Source of the DNA: Octopus vulgaris
Lineage: Eukaryota
Length of the DNA stretch: 64,000 nucleotides
Direction of reading: 5' to 3'
NCBI GenBank assembly: GCA_951406725.2
Contig: OX597828.1
Location: 868,001 to 932,000, forward strand
The translations under genes and the position numbers were made by a program. Below the pieces are notes generated by a model. The model saw only the letters and a list, made by a program, of their open reading frames with translations, was not told the origin of the DNA and did not search any database. Of the stretch, positions 61,616 to 64,000 are shown in pieces. Positions within the stretch are counted from its first letter, which is position 1. Each line of letters begins with the position of its first letter.

Positions 61616-62112
61616 ATTAGCGTCGTATTATTACGTTCGCTATTTCCAGTAAATATCGGTACTTCGTTGTGCCATATATTTACTTCTTTGTATATTTTTC
61701 CCTCACGGGCTATTCTTTACTGGAAAGCAATACTCTAGTATTGCATTACTAATTTATTGAAACTTCTTCACCGTTCTCGTGCTGTTAGCGTTTCGGCGTT
61801 TCAGTCGAGTGTATTGGCATTAATGTGGTAACATCTGAAATGTTGTTTGGCTGATGAAGATTGATCAAGTTTATGGGTGCAGACATATCTTAAAAAATCT
61901 GAAACCGGCGCCGGTCCCACATTATCCTTTTCTAGGTATTTCATCTTTCAGATGTTCTCCCTGGAGGTAAGACAATTTTTTCTAGTTTGTTGCACTCACG
62001 CATTTTTGCTAGTACATACGCGGTGAAGCTATACATTAGCGTCGTATTATTACGTTCGCTATTTCCAGTAAATATCGGTACTTCGTTGTGCCATATATTT
62101 ACTTCTTTGTAT
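61616..62112 (+). mobile_element. PLE pseudo-LTR, about 420-bp unit with about 78-bp terminal direct repeat
   Basis: attagcgtcgtattattacg..cttctttgtatat occurs at about 61616 and 62035; TA flanks; contains a hammerhead. Confidence 0.75.
61844..61924 (+). ncRNA. Type I hammerhead ribozyme, canonical core, GUC site
   Basis: tgg-CTGATGA-agatt..aatct-GAAA-ccggcgccgg-TC-cca; stem III is the 12-nt palindrome accggcgccggt. Confidence 0.8.
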
Positions 62113-62134
62113 ATATATATATATATATATAAAT

Positions 62135-62388
62135 ATAGTCCCCAGATCTCAATATTATTTATGGTGCATTTTAGAAAAACAAATGAGGAGTCAATATCCT
62201 CCACCATCATCACTACAAGAACTGGAGACTGTTTTAGCTGAAGAATGGACAAAAATTCCTTTGGAAACTGAACGAGTCCATACCTTGTAGAATTCAAGCA
62301 ATAATTACTGCAAAAGACAGACAAACACCATATTAAAATTAATTTTTTTGAAATTTTAAGGTGTTTCCATTATTTTGTCCGACCCCTG
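62135..62388 (+). mobile_element. Tc1-like transposon 3' end with TIR
   Basis: SPDLNII..LWCILEKQMRSQYPPPSSLQELETVLAEEWTKIP..RIQAII..TPY*; ends ttttgtccgacccctg|TA. Confidence 0.8.
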
Positions 62389-62417
62389 TATATATCTATA
62401 CATATATATATATATTA

Positions 62418-62456
<39 letters not shown>

Positions 62457-62729
62457 AATGTATAATAACATATGATGGTTAATTGTCAGCTCATTACAAA
62501 TGTTTCGTATGCATTTTTAAATAGAATAATACAATCATTACTTCATTACAAAAAACCATAATCATCAGATGAAGCATAATTTTAAAAACAAAAGAATTTA
62601 TGAAGAAAATACAGCAGCAACATAGCTGAAGTCTGTCGAGGTGTACCATGAAATGAGAGAATAAGTAACAAAATTGGCAGTTGTGGGCCTGAAGTGGTGG
62701 AGTTAGGTTAAGAATTTAGCTTGTGAAAG

Positions 62730-63640
62730 GGTGTAATATGATATTTATGCTTTATACGATTTGCCAATTCTGACTGTTTTTCTTTGATTGCTTCCTCCAG
62801 TTTCATTAGTTGTTGACAGTAAACATTTGATCGTTTGGTTCCTTGGAAGCAGCTCAAAATGCACAACACCTTTGTAATCCCACCAAATTGACAGTATGAC
62901 CTGTTTTTTATGCAGTTTGGCTTTTGATATGTTTTATGCTGATTCATTACACTTGGACTGTGATCGTTTTCAATTGATGTTATTGTAGACAATTCATTTT
63001 TCATCACCAGTGATGATTCGTTTAAAAAAAAAGGTCGATTTCATTGCATTAGTGATGTATATTGCAAATATTGATTCATTGTGTTAAGTGAATCTCTTTC
63101 AATTTATGTGGAACCCAAATATTGAGTTTCTTAATGAGCCCAAGATATTTTAAGTGATTTTCAATTGTTGAGTGTGATACATTTAACCGCTCTACAATCG
63201 CTTGCACAGTTATATGACAATCAGACTCAATTATGGCTTTGATTCAGTCATCATCAACTTCAGTAGGTCGACCAGAACGTTGGTCATCTTTGAGTGAAAA
63301 ATCTCCAGAATGGAATTTTTAAAACCATTTCTGACATGTGTGTTCTGTTAAACAATCAACACCATAAACTTCACACATCTCTTTGTGAGCCTCGACAGCT
63401 TTCTTGCCTTTACGGAAATAAAAAAGTAAAATATGGCGAAAATGACCGTTTTTACACTCCATGTTAAAATTGACACTGAACTAACAGCTTTAAACAAAAT
63501 TACGTGCAATTTGCTTCTAAAGTAAGCTAGAAGTAACAGCTATCAACAGGAAAAAAATCATAACATTGACAAAAGTCATTCAAAAACATTGTTAACTATC
63601 TATTTGTGAATAACGAAATTATTTTCTTGCCAACCCAATA
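62730..63640 (-). mobile_element. Degraded mariner transposon (5' TIR plus about two thirds of the transposase)
   Basis: ATG at 63462: MECKNGHFRHILLFYFRKGKKA..EVYG..CQKWF*KFHSGDFSLKDDQRSGRP..WVPHKL; TIR TA|ttgggttggcaagaaaataatttcg. Confidence 0.88.
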
Positions 63641-64000
63641 TAGGTGTGTAAATAAAGCCAATTAGATATAGCATCGGGGTTTAGGTTTCACTAGTTAAGG
63701 CTAAAGATCAAAGAGAGGAAGGCAGAGATACCATTGAATTTAGGGGTATTCTGTGGATATAGGTTGAATGTGGGGGAGGATATGAATGAAATTAAATTAT
63801 TAGTTTTAACTATTGTAGAATTGTAGAGTTTTGTGCAATTATTTTATCTGGTAAAGGAGAGAAAGATGTAGTATGTTGATACAGATACAAATATGTTATA
63901 TGGGATAGTGGAGGCCACTTGTAATATGAGGAGATGTGCACTTGGAAAGGAATTATTACTGTAACAAATAAGGTGTCAGGAAATACCTGGTAGAATAGTA

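Noticed and set aside
63645-64000. Possible old LINE endonuclease fragment on the minus strand
   Set aside because: Too decayed and cut by the window edge.

Overview
Repeat-saturated eukaryotic DNA with no recognisable host gene exon. The tRNA-derived SINEs, RTE tails and microsatellite style suggest a cephalopod such as octopus; this is inference. Almost everything identifiable is a mobile element sitting in or beside (TA)n tracts. The window holds: (1) a decayed full-length Ty3/Gypsy LTR element (9469-13678) whose primer-binding site matches the 5' end, not the 3' CCA end, of tRNA-Phe; (2) an apparently intact CR1/L2-group LINE (36237-41890; ORF1 Myb-like + CCCH, ORF2 APE+RT) with six related copies or fragments, all but the 3'-truncated one bounded by (TA)n on both sides; (3) many Penelope-like element (PLE) remnants and pseudo-LTRs carrying about 14 type I hammerhead ribozyme motifs from about nine unrelated sequence families, some with compensatory U3:A8 or G3:C8 cores, often as fold-backs or tandem arrays; (4) SINEs sharing a covarying 3' stem-loop with the LINEs; (5) two non-autonomous Helitrons, mariner/Tc1/maT/hAT relics, a probable solo LTR and RTE fragments. 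Most ORFs in the supplied track are microsatellite artefacts. All alignments and RNA folds were done by eye, so boundaries are approximate.
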